Positions 8,165-18,721 of a stretch of DNA of 64,000 nt are shown piece after piece (the first letter of the stretch is position 1; each line of letters opens with the position of its first letter). Below the pieces are notes generated by a model that worked only from the letters and a program-made list of their open reading frames with translations, ran no database searches and was not told where the DNA came from. A program made the translations under genes and the position numbers. The stretch spans positions 62,001 to 126,000 of the IMG/VR virus record IMGVR_UViG_3300013233_000093; one strand, given 5' to 3'.

Positions 8165-9253
8165 TCATTTTACAGATTCACCTAGTAACGTAATAATCTC
8201 TTCAGCTTCTTCCCGTAAGACATCGCTGGGTAGCTTATCTATCGTACGCAACATACGAATGCGTCTGCGGATCCTACGATACTGATTATACAACAAGTTA
8301 GGACTGGTAAAGAATACCGTCAGGAAGTAAAGGCTGATGTGCAATCGCAAATGCGCAATGAACAAGACCGTGTAATTAGCCACCGATTCTCGTATTTTCA
8401 TCTGTGGATGATTCACATACAGACTCACTCCAGGCACAGAACTTGGCAAGTTATTAAGCAGTCCCATGCCGCTGATGTCCTTTATAGATAAGTCGTCTAC
8501 AAGTTTACGCATCTTGACAAAGACTTCTTTGTTTCGATTTACACTCACGTACAAAGGACGTTGATTGATCGTCGGTATAGACACACCACCGTTCATTTCT
8601 ATTAACACGTTTTTGTACACACTGTCGATCTGGCTTAAGCTCATGCCGGGTAATACATACCTTCCTATAAACTCGTTAAGAGTCTCACGTTCAAGCTCTG
8701 GTTTCTTATTGTTACGCTTAGACCAGTAGTAATGCATTACTGCAAACGCAGTCACGGACAAACCAATCACAGAGTACCTATCATTAGATGTCTTTCCGTT
8801 ACCGTGAGGTATGTGCCATGGATTAAGTATGTATGGCTGTGTTACCACTGTGCACGGAGCCATGTCCATCCAGTTATCTTCATTGATGTCCAGCGAGTCC
8901 ATGTAACTGAAGCTGTCTAGGCGTAATAGATAATCGTAACTGTCGTCGTAAAAGACACCCTTCAATGGAGCCGCCAACATTATTGGCGTGGTGCCACCTA
9001 TTTGAGTAGCTAACGTATCTTCCAATGATCGTACGCGCTCATAAACTTCAGTGGCGTTATTAAGCGTGTACGTCTTAGGCAGCAGATGCACCAGTCGTAG
9101 TAAAGGATGATTCGAGCGAACCGGCTTACCGTACATAGCCGCATAAACACGCATGCCTTCCATGTCTTCGTATTGTAGATCTATTAGTCTGTCTAGGTTA
9201 AAATCGCTTTTGTGTACCGAGTCCACAGGTACAGTAGAGAATAGGTTTTGCAT
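8165..9253 (-). CDS. Conserved protein divergently transcribed from chimallin (phiKZ gp52-like position)
   Basis: ORF 8165..9391; ATG at 9253 (MQNLF) is the likelier start; VRSNHPLLRL motif; synteny. Confidence 0.65.
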   Translation of the reverse strand: MQNLFSTVPVDSVHKSDFNLDRLIDLQYEDMEGMRVYAAMYGKPVRSNHPLLRLVHLLPKTYTLNNATEVYERVRSLEDTLATQIGGTTPIMLAAPLKGVFYDDSYDYLLRLDSFSYMDSLDINEDNWMDMAPCTVVTQPYILNPWHIPHGNGKTSNDRYSVIGLSVTAFAVMHYYWSKRNNKKPELERETLNEFIGRYVLPGMSLSQIDSVYKNVLIEMNGGVSIPTINQRPLYVSVNRNKEVFVKMRKLVDDLSIKDISGMGLLNNLPSSVPGVSLYVNHPQMKIRESVANYTVLFIAHLRLHISLYFLTVFFTSPNLLYNQYRRIRRRIRMLRTIDKLPSDVLREEAEEIITLLGESVK

Positions 9254-9395
9254 GGTAAGTTCCAGGGGTAAGTTCGGCGTCATAGAATCGCATAAAAGTT
9301 TAGAACGTGTGCTATAGTTATGTATAACAACGAATGCGCAAGCGTTCGTCAGTACCAGCGTATATTTAACGGACGTAAAAATACGTTTCACCGTT

Positions 9396-9421
9396 TATTC
9401 AAAACTATATCACTATTATGA
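9396..9421 (+). promoter_or_regulatory. Type-B early promoter TATTCAAAACTATATCACTATTATGA upstream of chimallin
   Basis: Exact 26-mer repeated five times in the window, always upstream of a gene start; contains a TATAT(C/T)AC core. Confidence 0.8.
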
Positions 9422-9496
9422 TACACAGCTTGTGTGTCATACGAAGTGTTATACTCGAGTTAACACTTATCACTTACGAAGAAAGGAAGTAAAAAG

Positions 9497-11398
9497 ATGG
9501 CGATTGTAAACAACAAAAGCAAAACCGCAGCCCCTACCGCCCCTGCACAGCAAGCTCCTGCGGACCATGCCGCACCAACACAGCCAGCTCAGGCACCCGT
9601 TACCCCTGGTGATTTATTCGGATTCACAGTGCCAACCCAGTCAGGTGGATATAACGTAGAAGATCTAGCTAAGTTTGTCAAGGCGATTAAAGAAACTGCT
9701 GCAGCTGCGACTGCAAACAAAACCGGCAACTTTAAAATTGTCGTTGCCAACAGCAGCGAACTGCTATTACCCATCGTTTGTGTGGTCAACTTGACACCAC
9801 AACCCGTGGTATACGCGCTGCTGATCGAGGGTCTTATGTCCACCAAGCTTACTCCCCGTAAGCGGAGTGTCTTCAATCCCGCCGTAGGCGGTCAAGTCGA
9901 ATTGACAATCGACATGTTCTCGGGTCGTTGCTGGGACGAGACCGGCCAGAAAGCTGCGCGACGTGCCGTTGCTAACGACCTCAATGTGGCAGAAGGCGAT
10001 GTGAGTCTGCGCCATCACATGACCGTTCCCGGTTCAGTCGAATGGGCTACCGAGTCCATGGCACAGTTGTGCTTTGAACTTGCCATGTTCCCACTCTTCG
10101 ATAAGGCGCGTGACGAGTCACGCCGTTTGAACCATGCAGCGTTGACCAATTCAGCAGGCAGCTTGGTGATGACTGCGCGTTATACCCAGGGTTCTGGTAC
10201 TGAGTTAAACGTCGTTGGGGAGCGCATTGCGTGTGATGTGATTGTGTCCACCTCCTTAGAACGTAAGAAGGTTAACAACGCAACAACCAAAGCCACCGAT
10301 GCACATCGTGTAGCAGAATCTTTCGCAGTAGCGAATACCAAGATCTTGGCAGATTTCTTGCCACTGGCCAAAGATCCAATGCAGCATGGCATCGCGTCCC
10401 CGGGCGCACAGGCCAAGCCTGGGTTTGTTCCGCAGCTCATCATCACTGATTTCGATGGTGCAAGTGAGGGTGGCGCTTCTATGGATCTGCGTACACTGGT
10501 GATGGCGTTCTTGAACGTCATGCCATTGGCATCCAATTACGGTTGGGTTAACCTGTACGCAGGACACAATAACAAGAAGTCTTCCCTGGCACAACTGGGC
10601 CTGTTGCACGATCCTTGGGCAGAAAGCCGTGGTAAGGCAGAGTTGGGACTGATTGACATTGACCACACACCCTTCGGAAATCAAGCTGAAGGAAAGCTTA
10701 CAAACATGCAAGTAGCTCAAAGCTGGTGCACCAAGGGAGTTATGGTCGGTATTGATATTGACCAGGCACGTCCGAATGCATGGGTAGGTGACGTTGTCAC
10801 CATGATCGGTAACGGTAACGTGAAAGCAAACATTGCGTTTGCTAATGCGTGCGATGCCTTGACTCAAGGTGCCTACTCCCGCATTGCTTCACAAAGCAAC
10901 GGTGGCAAACTGCCGATGGCGTTCATGCAAGAGCAAACCGGGCTGTTGACCGCCACGTACACCGGCACTGACGGTGAACTGGCGGATAGTCGCCGTAGTA
11001 CACTGACCACGCTCATCGAATCCTTTGGTGGAGATCAAGCGGTAATCACACCTTTCATTAAAGGCCGGTTGCCTGGCGCTACAGAGTTTGATCATGAAGA
11101 CATGCGTAGAGCATGGATTGATGCCACCCCTGGGTTCGAAGTCAATGGCGTTGGCATGCGCACCTTTGCAACACCTGCGTTCTTGAGCAACCTGACACAG
11201 GCATTCATCGAAGCAGGTGTACGTATTGTTCCTGATGCGTCTTTCTGCTTCACTGAAGGCGGCACGGTTGGTGTCACTGGCAACTACGGTGAAGTGTTGA
11301 ATGTCAATGGCATGTATGCACAGAACCAAGCCAGCGGCGCAGGCTTTGGTAACCACTTTGGGGTAATGCCCACCTTTACACCAGCAGTCTACTACTAA
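9497..11398 (+). CDS. chmA: Chimallin, phage nuclear shell protein (phiKZ gp54-like)
   Basis: 633 aa; MAI… start with Ala/Pro/Gln-rich disordered N-tail, FVPQLIIT motif, Gly/aromatic C-tail; strong SD; directly upstream of the nvRNAP beta' N-terminal gene. Confidence 0.85.
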   Translation: MAIVNNKSKTAAPTAPAQQAPADHAAPTQPAQAPVTPGDLFGFTVPTQSGGYNVEDLAKFVKAIKETAAAATANKTGNFKIVVANSSELLLPIVCVVNLTPQPVVYALLIEGLMSTKLTPRKRSVFNPAVGGQVELTIDMFSGRCWDETGQKAARRAVANDLNVAEGDVSLRHHMTVPGSVEWATESMAQLCFELAMFPLFDKARDESRRLNHAALTNSAGSLVMTARYTQGSGTELNVVGERIACDVIVSTSLERKKVNNATTKATDAHRVAESFAVANTKILADFLPLAKDPMQHGIASPGAQAKPGFVPQLIITDFDGASEGGASMDLRTLVMAFLNVMPLASNYGWVNLYAGHNNKKSSLAQLGLLHDPWAESRGKAELGLIDIDHTPFGNQAEGKLTNMQVAQSWCTKGVMVGIDIDQARPNAWVGDVVTMIGNGNVKANIAFANACDALTQGAYSRIASQSNGGKLPMAFMQEQTGLLTATYTGTDGELADSRRSTLTTLIESFGGDQAVITPFIKGRLPGATEFDHEDMRRAWIDATPGFEVNGVGMRTFATPAFLSNLTQAFIEAGVRIVPDASFCFTEGGTVGVTGNYGEVLNVNGMYAQNQASGAGFGNHFGVMPTFTPAVYY

Positions 11399-11413
11399 GT
11401 AGATTGATTTGGC

Positions 11414-11444
11414 AGAAGCGGCCTTCGGGTCGCTTCTTTTATTT
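11414..11444 (+). terminator. Intrinsic terminator after chmA
   Basis: agaagcggcc-ttcg-ggtcgcttct followed by a T tract. Confidence 0.85.
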
Positions 11445-11461
11445 GTCTTTAGGGAGACGTA

Positions 11462-12913
11462 ATGGCTAAGGCATTAGAGTTAACCGATTACGACGAGATG
11501 TTTCATAGTCTCGATTTTAATCCAATATTGCTGAACGATCTAAAGTTAGACACAGCGGAAGACAGAAAATGGCTGAATTCTCTGTTGATCACGTCGTATA
11601 ATGACGATGACTCGCTATCGACTATTCCGAGCTGCCTTTGTGGGGCAACGAGTATCGGTCATGCCGTTGGGGAACGGTGTGGTGAATGTGGTCAGCTGGT
11701 GGCATCGCCTACCGACACAGCGATTGTGCCCAATGTTTGGTTTCGTGCACCAGAGGGCATTCAATCGTTAATCAGTCCACATCTTTGGTTAACTGTTGGA
11801 CAGGTAATGCGCAAGGGCAGGTTTAACGTCCTGCGATGGTTTTGTAATCCGTATGCTCCGGACCCTCTTGCTAAAAACAAAGTGGCATGGAGTCATATTA
11901 GAAAGCTTACCAACTCTGGGATTCCTCGGGGACTGAACAGCTTTGTGCAGAACTTTAACCAGCTTATACCCATCATTGTTTCGATGGTGCCTCATAAACC
12001 TGCGCGGGCAGAGATGGAGTTGTATCTGAACATGTTCCAAAACAGGTTCTTTCCTAGACACTTGTTTGTTCCTAACCGAATAGCAGTGATCATGGAGAAC
12101 ACCCCAACTGGGACGTATGTGGATAACAGCTTCATCGCGGCAGTGGACGCGGCTAAAACGATCTGCGCTAACGTGGGTACCGATGTATCCGTGAAACGCT
12201 TAGAGAGTAAGTTTACAATAGCCATTGATACATTGTCTCAGTATTACCACGACTTACTGGGTAAGCCGTTTACAGAGAAAGAAGGTTGGTTGCGTCATGT
12301 AATGCTAGGGGCTAGAATGCCCTTCTCTTACAGAACCGTGATCACCTCTAGATCTGAGGTACATGAATACGACACGATTAAGATTCCGTATACGGAGTTT
12401 GTTAACATGTTTAAGATTCACCTTATGGGGATCTTACGCAATCGTGGTTATAGCAAACGCAAGTCATGGGATTTCATTTCAGCGTACACAGTCCGTCGGT
12501 GTGATGAGATGTATTCTGCAATGCACGAGCTACTGGATCAATCTGGCGAGGGTATTTGGTCGTTACTGATTCGATATCCTACGTTGAATAGAGCTTCGGT
12601 TCAGGCATTCAGAATCGTTGGTTGGAGCGATGCCACTACTGAGATCTCCGTGTTGTCTATCGTGGGCAGTAATGCTGACTTTGATGGCGATCAGTTGTCG
12701 GGGCACATTGCATGCTCCAAGGTGCAGGCAGAGTACTTCAAGTGGTATCAACCTCATTATGCAATCTTTGCGTATAACGACCCCGGCAAGTTAACAGGGC
12801 AAATCAAACTCCCTGATAATACGGTCGGGGCAATCGCAGCATGGTTTGAAGACGAAGAAAATCAAATTATGGAAAAGGAGGGCGTTGAGTATGGTGAGTT
12901 ATGGAAGCGTTGA
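11462..12913 (+). CDS. rpoC: Non-virion RNA polymerase beta' subunit, N-terminal part (phiKZ gp55-like)
   Basis: Zn ribbon CLCG…CGECG, RxVIT, RYPTL and catalytic NADFDGD motif. Confidence 0.93.
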   Translation: MAKALELTDYDEMFHSLDFNPILLNDLKLDTAEDRKWLNSLLITSYNDDDSLSTIPSCLCGATSIGHAVGERCGECGQLVASPTDTAIVPNVWFRAPEGIQSLISPHLWLTVGQVMRKGRFNVLRWFCNPYAPDPLAKNKVAWSHIRKLTNSGIPRGLNSFVQNFNQLIPIIVSMVPHKPARAEMELYLNMFQNRFFPRHLFVPNRIAVIMENTPTGTYVDNSFIAAVDAAKTICANVGTDVSVKRLESKFTIAIDTLSQYYHDLLGKPFTEKEGWLRHVMLGARMPFSYRTVITSRSEVHEYDTIKIPYTEFVNMFKIHLMGILRNRGYSKRKSWDFISAYTVRRCDEMYSAMHELLDQSGEGIWSLLIRYPTLNRASVQAFRIVGWSDATTEISVLSIVGSNADFDGDQLSGHIACSKVQAEYFKWYQPHYAIFAYNDPGKLTGQIKLPDNTVGAIAAWFEDEENQIMEKEGVEYGELWKR

Positions 12914-13544
12914 TGACATAGCTTCGGCTGTCTACGCACGACCCACGCAGATGACAATGAATTCGATAAGCCAGTCGGTGAATCAGTTCATGCAGCGAAG
13001 TCAGTATATCCCACAGCAAGTGATGTCTGCAGTACAGGCGAACTACAATACATTTGTACAATCACAGGTGGGACGTACTGTAAACGCAATGCGTCACAAG
13101 CTTAACCACTATTGGGATCCAGACACAATCACACGCATTACAACCCTAGACGGCTTTCAGCAATCTGGAGATGGCATGTCGCGTTGGTTGATGACAGATC
13201 CCAGATTACGTGAAATGCGCAACAGTCAAGCCATCTCTGGATGGAAAGACACGTACGTGGATCCCACGCCTAACGCCGTTGGCGTCAAGCATCGGGATTA
13301 CAGGTTATTGAATTCAGGACAGATATTGCATCCTGAAGGAAAGAAACCGTTAATGCGCAGATATATTGAGCCATGGGGTGATCAAGTAGCGTTAACAACG
13401 CACGACAAGGTTGCGATTAAACTGAGTCTGGCTACGATAAACGACTACTTAGATGACGGCGAAGACGATCCAACGTCAGAGTGGAATTCAACCATTAATG
13501 TCCCTGACAATGGTGTTTTACCAAAGCGTTACGTGATGAAATAA
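12891..13544 (+). CDS. Conserved Chimalliviridae hypothetical protein
   Basis: AAGGAGG SD before ATG 12891; RWLMTDP and EDDPTS motifs; core-block synteny. Confidence 0.7.
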   Translation: MVSYGSVDDIASAVYARPTQMTMNSISQSVNQFMQRSQYIPQQVMSAVQANYNTFVQSQVGRTVNAMRHKLNHYWDPDTITRITTLDGFQQSGDGMSRWLMTDPRLREMRNSQAISGWKDTYVDPTPNAVGVKHRDYRLLNSGQILHPEGKKPLMRRYIEPWGDQVALTTHDKVAIKLSLATINDYLDDGEDDPTSEWNSTINVPDNGVLPKRYVMK

Positions 13545-13620
13545 GCACGTGTTTTATTGTATCCGCAGGTATGCTATGGCGTACCAGCGGGTAACTTTAT
13601 TTTTTACCGTAGGATGAACA

Positions 13621-14016
13621 ATGACACTACCGATACTTGGAAATGAAAACTGGGTGGAAGATCCTGAACGAATCATGTCACACTTATTTAAGCTGATGTT
13701 TATAGTGGAATACTCGTACAGTAATATCTTTAAGGACCGGGTTATATCTGTACCGTATTTGATTATGCGTTACGGGGGAGATCCTCTTGAGTTTAAAGCA
13801 CAAATGGTAGACGCACTCACCGATTTGTTTAGCAGATACTTTACAGAAGTGAACGTGGCCTTTACATTAATAGAGCCTCCGATTCCCACACCTAAGGACG
13901 AATATGATTTACAGATAACAGGCGTCATGAACGACATCAGGTACGGGTTGCAGGAATCCATTTCTAACGATTACAGCGAGGCGCAGAGTAGGTTTACAGC
14001 TGCGATGAATGAATAA
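13621..14016 (+). CDS. Conserved hypothetical protein (possibly structural)
   Basis: AGGA SD; LPILG…WVEDP start; core block. Confidence 0.7.
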   Translation: MTLPILGNENWVEDPERIMSHLFKLMFIVEYSYSNIFKDRVISVPYLIMRYGGDPLEFKAQMVDALTDLFSRYFTEVNVAFTLIEPPIPTPKDEYDLQITGVMNDIRYGLQESISNDYSEAQSRFTAAMNE

Positions 14017-14504
14017 TGAGCGACATAAAGGAAATGGCGGAGGTCTTCACATCACCGCCTGAGATCAACGTGCGTATCTTTGAACGATACGTAGAAGCCA
14101 TATTGGATAGAAGCGACGATCCTGAAATGGAAGCGCTGCGTAAAGAATGGGCAATAGATGTTTGCATCGACTTCAGATTAGCATGCAATGTGGTGAACGA
14201 CAAGGGAGAGGTCCTCTTTAGAGTACCGCCCATCAAAACACCCATCGCTGAATTGTTCGATAAGAACATTACAGGTTTGTTTGAACACATCGACAAGCTA
14301 AACAAGGTAGATCCTAGACTGGCGATGCCGATGATTAATGAGGAGGTGACGTCAGATCTTTACCGTGGTGTAATCACTGTGGAAGATGTAGATTGTTGGA
14401 AGTACATCATTTCCAAATACGGGAAGGATCAGCCCGCGGTACCTACCGGATCTAATCCAATAGAAGAAATGTCATTTACACAAGGTGATGACGATGACTG
14501 GTAA
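14016..14504 (+). CDS. Conserved hypothetical protein
   Basis: TAATG coupling to the previous gene; GEVLFRVPP motif; acidic C-terminus. Confidence 0.7.
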   Translation: MSDIKEMAEVFTSPPEINVRIFERYVEAILDRSDDPEMEALRKEWAIDVCIDFRLACNVVNDKGEVLFRVPPIKTPIAELFDKNITGLFEHIDKLNKVDPRLAMPMINEEVTSDLYRGVITVEDVDCWKYIISKYGKDQPAVPTGSNPIEEMSFTQGDDDDW

Positions 14505-15639
14505 AACCTGGGGAAGTCGTGATACGCTTAACATACTAAGCACATCTGACATACACTTCGCGCACCCACGTGTTCCAACCGCAACCGTGGTGGACTCGTT
14601 AAACCGGTTAATACCGGATAATGAAGAGACCGGCAAGTTAGATTTGATCGTTATCCCGGGCGACATGACAGAACGTGGAATCAGTCTTCATGAGTACGAC
14701 ACGATACTAATAGACCGTTGGATGATACGGCTACTTAGATTGTGTAAGAAATGGAGCATCGTTTTAAGGGTCTCCGAGGGCACCGGGTCGCACGATCGCA
14801 AACAGGCTGCCCGTATCATGCATCTTAATAAGATCTCTGGTATAGGCGCTGATGTGCAGTATTGGGAGACGCTAACCATAGAACACATTGATGTATACGA
14901 CATCGACGTGCTTTATGTACCGGATAACTACAAGGTGGATCCGGAAGATACATGGGTCGACGTGCAGGCCGCGTTGAAAGCCAAAGGACTGGAGAAGGTA
15001 GACTTTGCATTGATGCACGGTTTCTTTGAACATCAAGTACCTTCTATGTCCCACGGCACACCTCACAAGAACGATCGTTACCTTTCTATAGTACGTAAGT
15101 ACATCTTTAACGGACATCACCACACGCCAGTGGTGAAAGACCGAATAATTGTACAGGGATCCCCAGAGAGACTGGGGTTTGGACAAGAGGAACCGAAAGG
15201 ATGTTTCTTAGTGGAGTGCATGTCGCGCACTGATGCTGCGAATGATACCGTTAAGTTTGTGGAGAATAAACTGGCGGTCATCTTTAACACGTACATTGTA
15301 GACGACGATACTACTGAAGCGGCATTGGGGGTTATCTTAGACGCAGCAGGTAGCCTTGCAAAGGGTTCTAACGTTTGGATCAAGATATCCAGAGGCTCTA
15401 AACACATGCCCGCTGTGGAGGTCGCTGCTGCCCGTCACAAGGACATCCGTTGGAAAATCGAACCTGGAGTAACTAAGAAAAAGATAAGCAGAGAAGTAAT
15501 CAACATCACCCCCTCTAAAACCGTCCGTGAGATTACGGGCGAAACGGTGATGGAACTTGTGAAAGAGCGGCTTGTTATAGACGCAGTCAGTGAAGAAGAC
15601 GCAGCATATGCACTTAAACTACTAGGAGGACTTGCATGA
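14485..15639 (+). CDS. sbcD: SbcD/Mre11-like metallophosphoesterase nuclease
   Basis: SDIH, PGD, GTGSHD, MHG, GHHH and GSPERL motifs. Confidence 0.88.
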   Translation: MMTMTGKTWGSRDTLNILSTSDIHFAHPRVPTATVVDSLNRLIPDNEETGKLDLIVIPGDMTERGISLHEYDTILIDRWMIRLLRLCKKWSIVLRVSEGTGSHDRKQAARIMHLNKISGIGADVQYWETLTIEHIDVYDIDVLYVPDNYKVDPEDTWVDVQAALKAKGLEKVDFALMHGFFEHQVPSMSHGTPHKNDRYLSIVRKYIFNGHHHTPVVKDRIIVQGSPERLGFGQEEPKGCFLVECMSRTDAANDTVKFVENKLAVIFNTYIVDDDTTEAALGVILDAAGSLAKGSNVWIKISRGSKHMPAVEVAAARHKDIRWKIEPGVTKKKISREVINITPSKTVREITGETVMELVKERLVIDAVSEEDAAYALKLLGGLA

Positions 15640-16421
15640 TAGAGCGCGAACTTGGGGAGGAGATAGCGGTATCCATAGCCACTGCGGAGGCACTCTCCAA
15701 AGCAGTGCTTGTGGAGAAGCCAGAGGCACCCAATCTCTGGTTTAACGTACGTACATTGTACCGTAATCTATACGGTGCATTGCATGAGCCAGACAGGGTA
15801 TCTGTGAGCGGGATCTCGGAATTGCTTATGGAAGAGATGGGTTTGATTACTGCGCTACTGGACGGCGTGGTAAAGCTACAATGGTACACCACTTCGGATA
15901 AAAACATGGTGCGTCATTTCCCACTGGCTAAGGTAAAGGTGCCTAGGACAAAAAAGCAAATCGCTTACGCTGATGTGAAGCGCCGGGCTGTGCGAGCCAC
16001 AATGTCCTTAGGAGGCGTACGAAAGTTTGAACAGAAGATCACAGGTAACCACCCGAAGTCTATGATCATCACCCACCTTCCATTAGACTTGTTATCTGAG
16101 TACAGTTTCAGTGAGCTTTTGTTACTGGAATCACACACAGGTAACGTCAAGAAAGCCAGACAATGGAATACAAAGTTAACCAAGGGTAGAGAAAGAGATC
16201 GTATACCTTTTAATGTTTTAACATTGCAGGTATTTGGTGACAACAGTACGCAATTTTACGCCTTACCTCATAAGGTAAAACAGGCAGTGTTGGATATGTC
16301 GGTCAAGTATAAGTGGAATCCCACCACATCAATGGCCAAGATAAAAGACAACCTGAAGGGTGTAGAGGACCTTGAGGTCCGTGCGTTATTAAACAAACTA
16401 GCAAACATAAAGGTGAGGTAA
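15636..16421 (+). CDS. Conserved hypothetical protein (possible degenerate PIN/5'-nuclease-like fold)
   Basis: FNVRTLYRN, THLPLDLL and LLESHTG motifs typical of the gene after SbcD in this phage group; fold assignment is a guess. Confidence 0.65.
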   Translation: MIERELGEEIAVSIATAEALSKAVLVEKPEAPNLWFNVRTLYRNLYGALHEPDRVSVSGISELLMEEMGLITALLDGVVKLQWYTTSDKNMVRHFPLAKVKVPRTKKQIAYADVKRRAVRATMSLGGVRKFEQKITGNHPKSMIITHLPLDLLSEYSFSELLLLESHTGNVKKARQWNTKLTKGRERDRIPFNVLTLQVFGDNSTQFYALPHKVKQAVLDMSVKYKWNPTTSMAKIKDNLKGVEDLEVRALLNKLANIKVR

Positions 16422-16426
16422 CTATC

Positions 16427-17125
16427 ATGGCAGGTCAGCAATTCCCACAAGCAGATAAAAACGCAAGTGAAAACACAAAACTTCAGATCCAGGGCGAGCC
16501 TTGGGATGCAAGTAAGCCAGCTAAGCGCCCAGGCGGAATCTTTCGTATCCATAAAGGCGAGGCATGGTTTTCTATCTACGCTAACAACCCCAGCGAAGAT
16601 GATAAGGCAAAGCGCATCAACATCAAGTTTGGCATCCAGGACGCGTATAGCATCCTAGCCGCTATTCGTCGATGTATTGCAGATCCAGGTGCGGAACGCA
16701 TTACCTTCGAGGCATGGAACTATACCTTCATGAACCGTCAACGTTCGGATAAACCGTCTGAACAGGGCAAGATCACCATCGGACGTAACGGCGAAGGCTG
16801 TGTTATGCTTGTAGCACAGTTCCCACAACGCCCTGCATGTCAGTTTATCTTCGGTGGTACATACTGGACGCGTATCTTAAACTCCGCGGGCGCTCCTCTG
16901 GATAAGAAGACCGCGTCAGAAGTTGTGGCACAGGGTTGGTCAGATGCATTGTCTCACATCCTAGCCATTGTTGGCGTGGATACCTTTGTTGATTACGCTG
17001 CAGAGAAGCGTAAGAAAGAGGCAAGTCAGGGCGGTGGCCAAAGTAATAACGGTGGCGGTAACTACGGCGGAAACTCCAATACAGATTCCGGCACCACCAC
17101 AAACGCGGATGCTTTATTCGGATAA
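16427..17125 (+). CDS. chmC: Probable ChmC, nucleus-associated Whirly-fold nucleic-acid-binding protein
   Basis: 232 aa, beta-rich body with Gly/Asn-rich disordered C-tail (SQGGGQSNNGGGNYGGNSN); directly upstream of the gp68-like gene. Confidence 0.65.
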   Translation: MAGQQFPQADKNASENTKLQIQGEPWDASKPAKRPGGIFRIHKGEAWFSIYANNPSEDDKAKRINIKFGIQDAYSILAAIRRCIADPGAERITFEAWNYTFMNRQRSDKPSEQGKITIGRNGEGCVMLVAQFPQRPACQFIFGGTYWTRILNSAGAPLDKKTASEVVAQGWSDALSHILAIVGVDTFVDYAAEKRKKEASQGGGQSNNGGGNYGGNSNTDSGTTTNADALFG

Positions 17126-17141
17126 GTAACACAACGGTACA

Positions 17142-17176
17142 TAGACCATCACCTGCTATCAGCAGGTGATGGTCTA
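17142..17176. terminator. 16-bp perfect hairpin after chmC
   Basis: tagaccatcacctgct-atc-agcaggtgatggtcta, overlapping an upstream ACATA. Confidence 0.7.
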
Positions 17177-17218
17177 ATTTATCAGCCTTGTTACAACACT
17201 ATGTGGACTGAAGATTAT

Positions 17219-17237
17219 TTCAGGCATATATCATTAG
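17219..17237 (+). promoter_or_regulatory. Probable early promoter variant TTCAGGCATATATCAT upstream of the gp68-like gene
   Basis: TTCAGGCATATAT also occurs at 21837-21849, upstream of nvRNAP beta; same TTC-N5-TATAT spacing as type B. Confidence 0.55.
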
Positions 17238-17269
17238 TAAGATGAGCTTATTAACGCAAAGGGAGATGT

Positions 17270-18706
17270 ATGAAATTCGCAATAACAAACGACCATGGCG
17301 CGGGTAGAAAGATACTCATATCGCACAACGAGGTGGAGCTTGCTTGGCATAGCACTAAGTTGTTCGCTAAACTGATGATGCAGCCTGAGGAAATAGTGTT
17401 CGGCACGTTAAACCGATATCTTGCATCTTTACCGACTGGTAAACAGGATGCCATTTTCGGATCGTACGTAGCTGCGTATCAGATTATTGAAGATCCCAAG
17501 TTAGGCAGTACCAGAGAACAAGTGATCTCAGACTGGGCACGGGGTTTTTATAAGCTGGTGGACGTTAACCATATTAAAGCTTGGTTAGCCGACAACGGTG
17601 AAACGGTATACAACGAGCAGATTCAGAACTCGTATGTGCCAGACCAGGGTGCAAGGGAAACGACTTACTTGCGTCACGAGTACGACGAGCTTGTCGAGCT
17701 TATGTTGTTGGTTAAAATGACTATGCATGTGATGTCATCGTTTGCACAGTACCTGCATGAAGTGAACAGCAAGTTCCCCGAGTCCAGAGTGTTGGATTGC
17801 TTATCTGGATCTAAGGTCTGCGAGCATCCCGCTTACAAAAGACTCGAAGCGTACTGCACGTTCAAGGCAGAAGAACTCACAGCCAAACCATCCAACATCG
17901 CGTCCAGCGTGTTAGATTCGCTATGCAGTGTAGAAGTACCTAGGCATTTCTTAGCACGTACACTGGTACGAAGTCTGTCTATGGGTTCTAATCAAAACCC
18001 ACAACGTACATTGGTACAGGGTTTATATCGGTCGTTACACACTGAAAGTAAATCACTTGCTTCTGGCACAGTGGAAAAGCCACGCACCCGAGATGGCGAC
18101 GGTAATATGGAATGTGTGGCTGGGCGGTTCCGGACTACACAGGACATCCCAGATTACAATTACGTGACTGCTGGTGACTATCTAAAAGACATCACCGGTG
18201 TAGTAAAACACGTGTGTCCAGATGGTGATGTGGATAAGGCGAAGCACTATCATCACATGATCTCACAATCCAGTGATTACACGATAGCGCCGTATCAAAC
18301 GCCACTCACCGCACTTGTATTAAAGAGGGTAATTCACATGCAAGACGTGAATTACATAAACCTTGAGAGCATGTACTGTGCCATCGCTATAAGTGCGGCT
18401 TGGTATTCAGACAAAGGCTTTCAAGAGATTGCAAACCTAATGCTATCCCCGTATACAAAGTCAAACTCGGACGGCTATGCCGGCGGGTACGCATTTAATG
18501 GACTTACCAAGGAGAACACAGATATACTGGCTAAACTGTTCCCGTATTTAAAGCGGGACAAAAGAGGGAGAGCGATCTCTAATCCCTGTGTCGTCATGAC
18601 GACACAGATCATCGAGCAGATAAATGAATTGGACTACGCATCTGCTGAGTCTATTCCGTTAAACATCCGTAACGATCTTGTTACGGCATTGAAAATCACA
18701 CAGTAA
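17270..18706 (+). CDS. nvRNAP promoter-specificity subunit (phiKZ gp68-like)
   Basis: 478 aa; RETTYLRHEYDEL and LFPY motifs; lies between chmC and picA. Confidence 0.7.
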   Translation: MKFAITNDHGAGRKILISHNEVELAWHSTKLFAKLMMQPEEIVFGTLNRYLASLPTGKQDAIFGSYVAAYQIIEDPKLGSTREQVISDWARGFYKLVDVNHIKAWLADNGETVYNEQIQNSYVPDQGARETTYLRHEYDELVELMLLVKMTMHVMSSFAQYLHEVNSKFPESRVLDCLSGSKVCEHPAYKRLEAYCTFKAEELTAKPSNIASSVLDSLCSVEVPRHFLARTLVRSLSMGSNQNPQRTLVQGLYRSLHTESKSLASGTVEKPRTRDGDGNMECVAGRFRTTQDIPDYNYVTAGDYLKDITGVVKHVCPDGDVDKAKHYHHMISQSSDYTIAPYQTPLTALVLKRVIHMQDVNYINLESMYCAIAISAAWYSDKGFQEIANLMLSPYTKSNSDGYAGGYAFNGLTKENTDILAKLFPYLKRDKRGRAISNPCVVMTTQIIEQINELDYASAESIPLNIRNDLVTALKITQ

Positions 18707-18721
18707 CTGAGGATTAGAAAT

